A stretch of DNA of 63,747 nucleotides, filler included, from Phoronis australis (Eukaryota > Animalia > Phoronida), in assembly GCA_002633005.1 (NCBI GenBank). It is 10 parts of 10 records of this genome, joined end to end, with 100 filler letters (N's around TTAATTAATTAA, not from the genome) between each part and the next. Parts side by side here need not be neighbours in the genome. Positions count along the whole stretch, not along the records: positions 62,748 to 63,747 come from NMRA01001808.1; 9 more parts are not named here. One strand, given 5' to 3'. Numbering within the stretch: position 1 is the first letter of the stretch; each line of letters opens with the position of its first letter. Positions 63,111 to 63,747 of the stretch are shown here, in pieces. A program made the translations under genes and the position numbers. The notes below the pieces were generated by a model, which saw only the letters and a program-made list of their open reading frames with translations, made no database searches and was not told the DNA's origin.

Positions 63111-63747
63111 ATGTGTCACCAAATACTGAGAGAGGGCCATTCTTTAAAATAAGGTAGGATTCTTGAAACTACGCAATTCTAACTAATTCCAATGAATAGC
63201 TGAACATAAGTGAAACTTATTTTCATGAGACACTCCCACAGGCAAATTTAGCTGCATTCTTTGGGGGTACTAACATTGGTTTCGTACTAAAGTCAAGTGG
63301 TCCCCCAAAAGTATTGTTCGGGAAGATTAAAAATAGAGGTTAGAACACATCAATGAAAAAACAACATTCATTTCACTTTCCTTCTGTTGTAGTTTTTTGT
63401 CATTCATTTACCGTTAAAATTGTATAGTCCAAAGTGTCTAAAGTGCAAAATGGGTGGCAAAGAATGTTGCCTTCTCTCTTCCCTAATCCCCAAACAATGA
63501 GTCTCAATCCATGCAAGTGCCTGTTGTAACTACAATTGGTAAGAGGCATTCATATTTGCAAGTTGGGTAATGCTATGTAGCACATAATGATTTTCATCTC
63601 ATTAAATCCATTACCAAATGTCAATTTTAGTAAAAATACACTCCCTTGATTATTCCCCCTTGATTATCCCAGACATGTTTTAGGTAATAACGGCTTCCCA
63701 TAGTTTTATTAATTAGTCATGCCTTACTGCGGATGTGACGTTTAGCG

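Overview
This is AT-rich, intron-containing animal DNA, most consistent with a marine bilaterian invertebrate (inference). It comprises 10 contig pieces joined by nine identical artificial 100-nt spacers (44N-TTAATTAATTAA-44N), so adjacency across spacers is unproven. Host coding sequence I can support: an orphan ~800-aa acidic protein with ~100-110-aa internal repeats (6368-8787), a 99-nt ankyrin exon, two spliced exons of a FAM111-like trypsin-fold protease, a PLAC8/cornifelin last exon, two SLC17/sialin-type exons, two Sushi/CCP exons and the last exon of MADD (Rab3-GEF). Most of the remainder is mobile DNA: the 5' half of a Ty3/Gypsy element with a tRNA-Ser PBS, an RNase H-bearing LINE remnant, an Academ-like transposase relic, a 5-kb TIR element with a deleted transposase, tRNA-derived SINEs, non-autonomous Helentron-type elements, nested MITEs and minisatellites. 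The four most interesting signals are: (1) Helentron-type elements whose ~150-bp core repeats each carry a co-oriented CTCF-consensus motif, suggesting mobile insulator arrays; (2) at least 16 TACATGTA octamers, two of which are visible TA-to-TACATGTA insertions between repeat copies, matching Tc1-type excision footprints; (3) a TIR element carrying a tRNA-like Pol III cassette and a terminal hairpin that is flipped between copies; (4) a three-tier nest of inverted-repeat elements. No database searches were run; all family names come from motif recognition.
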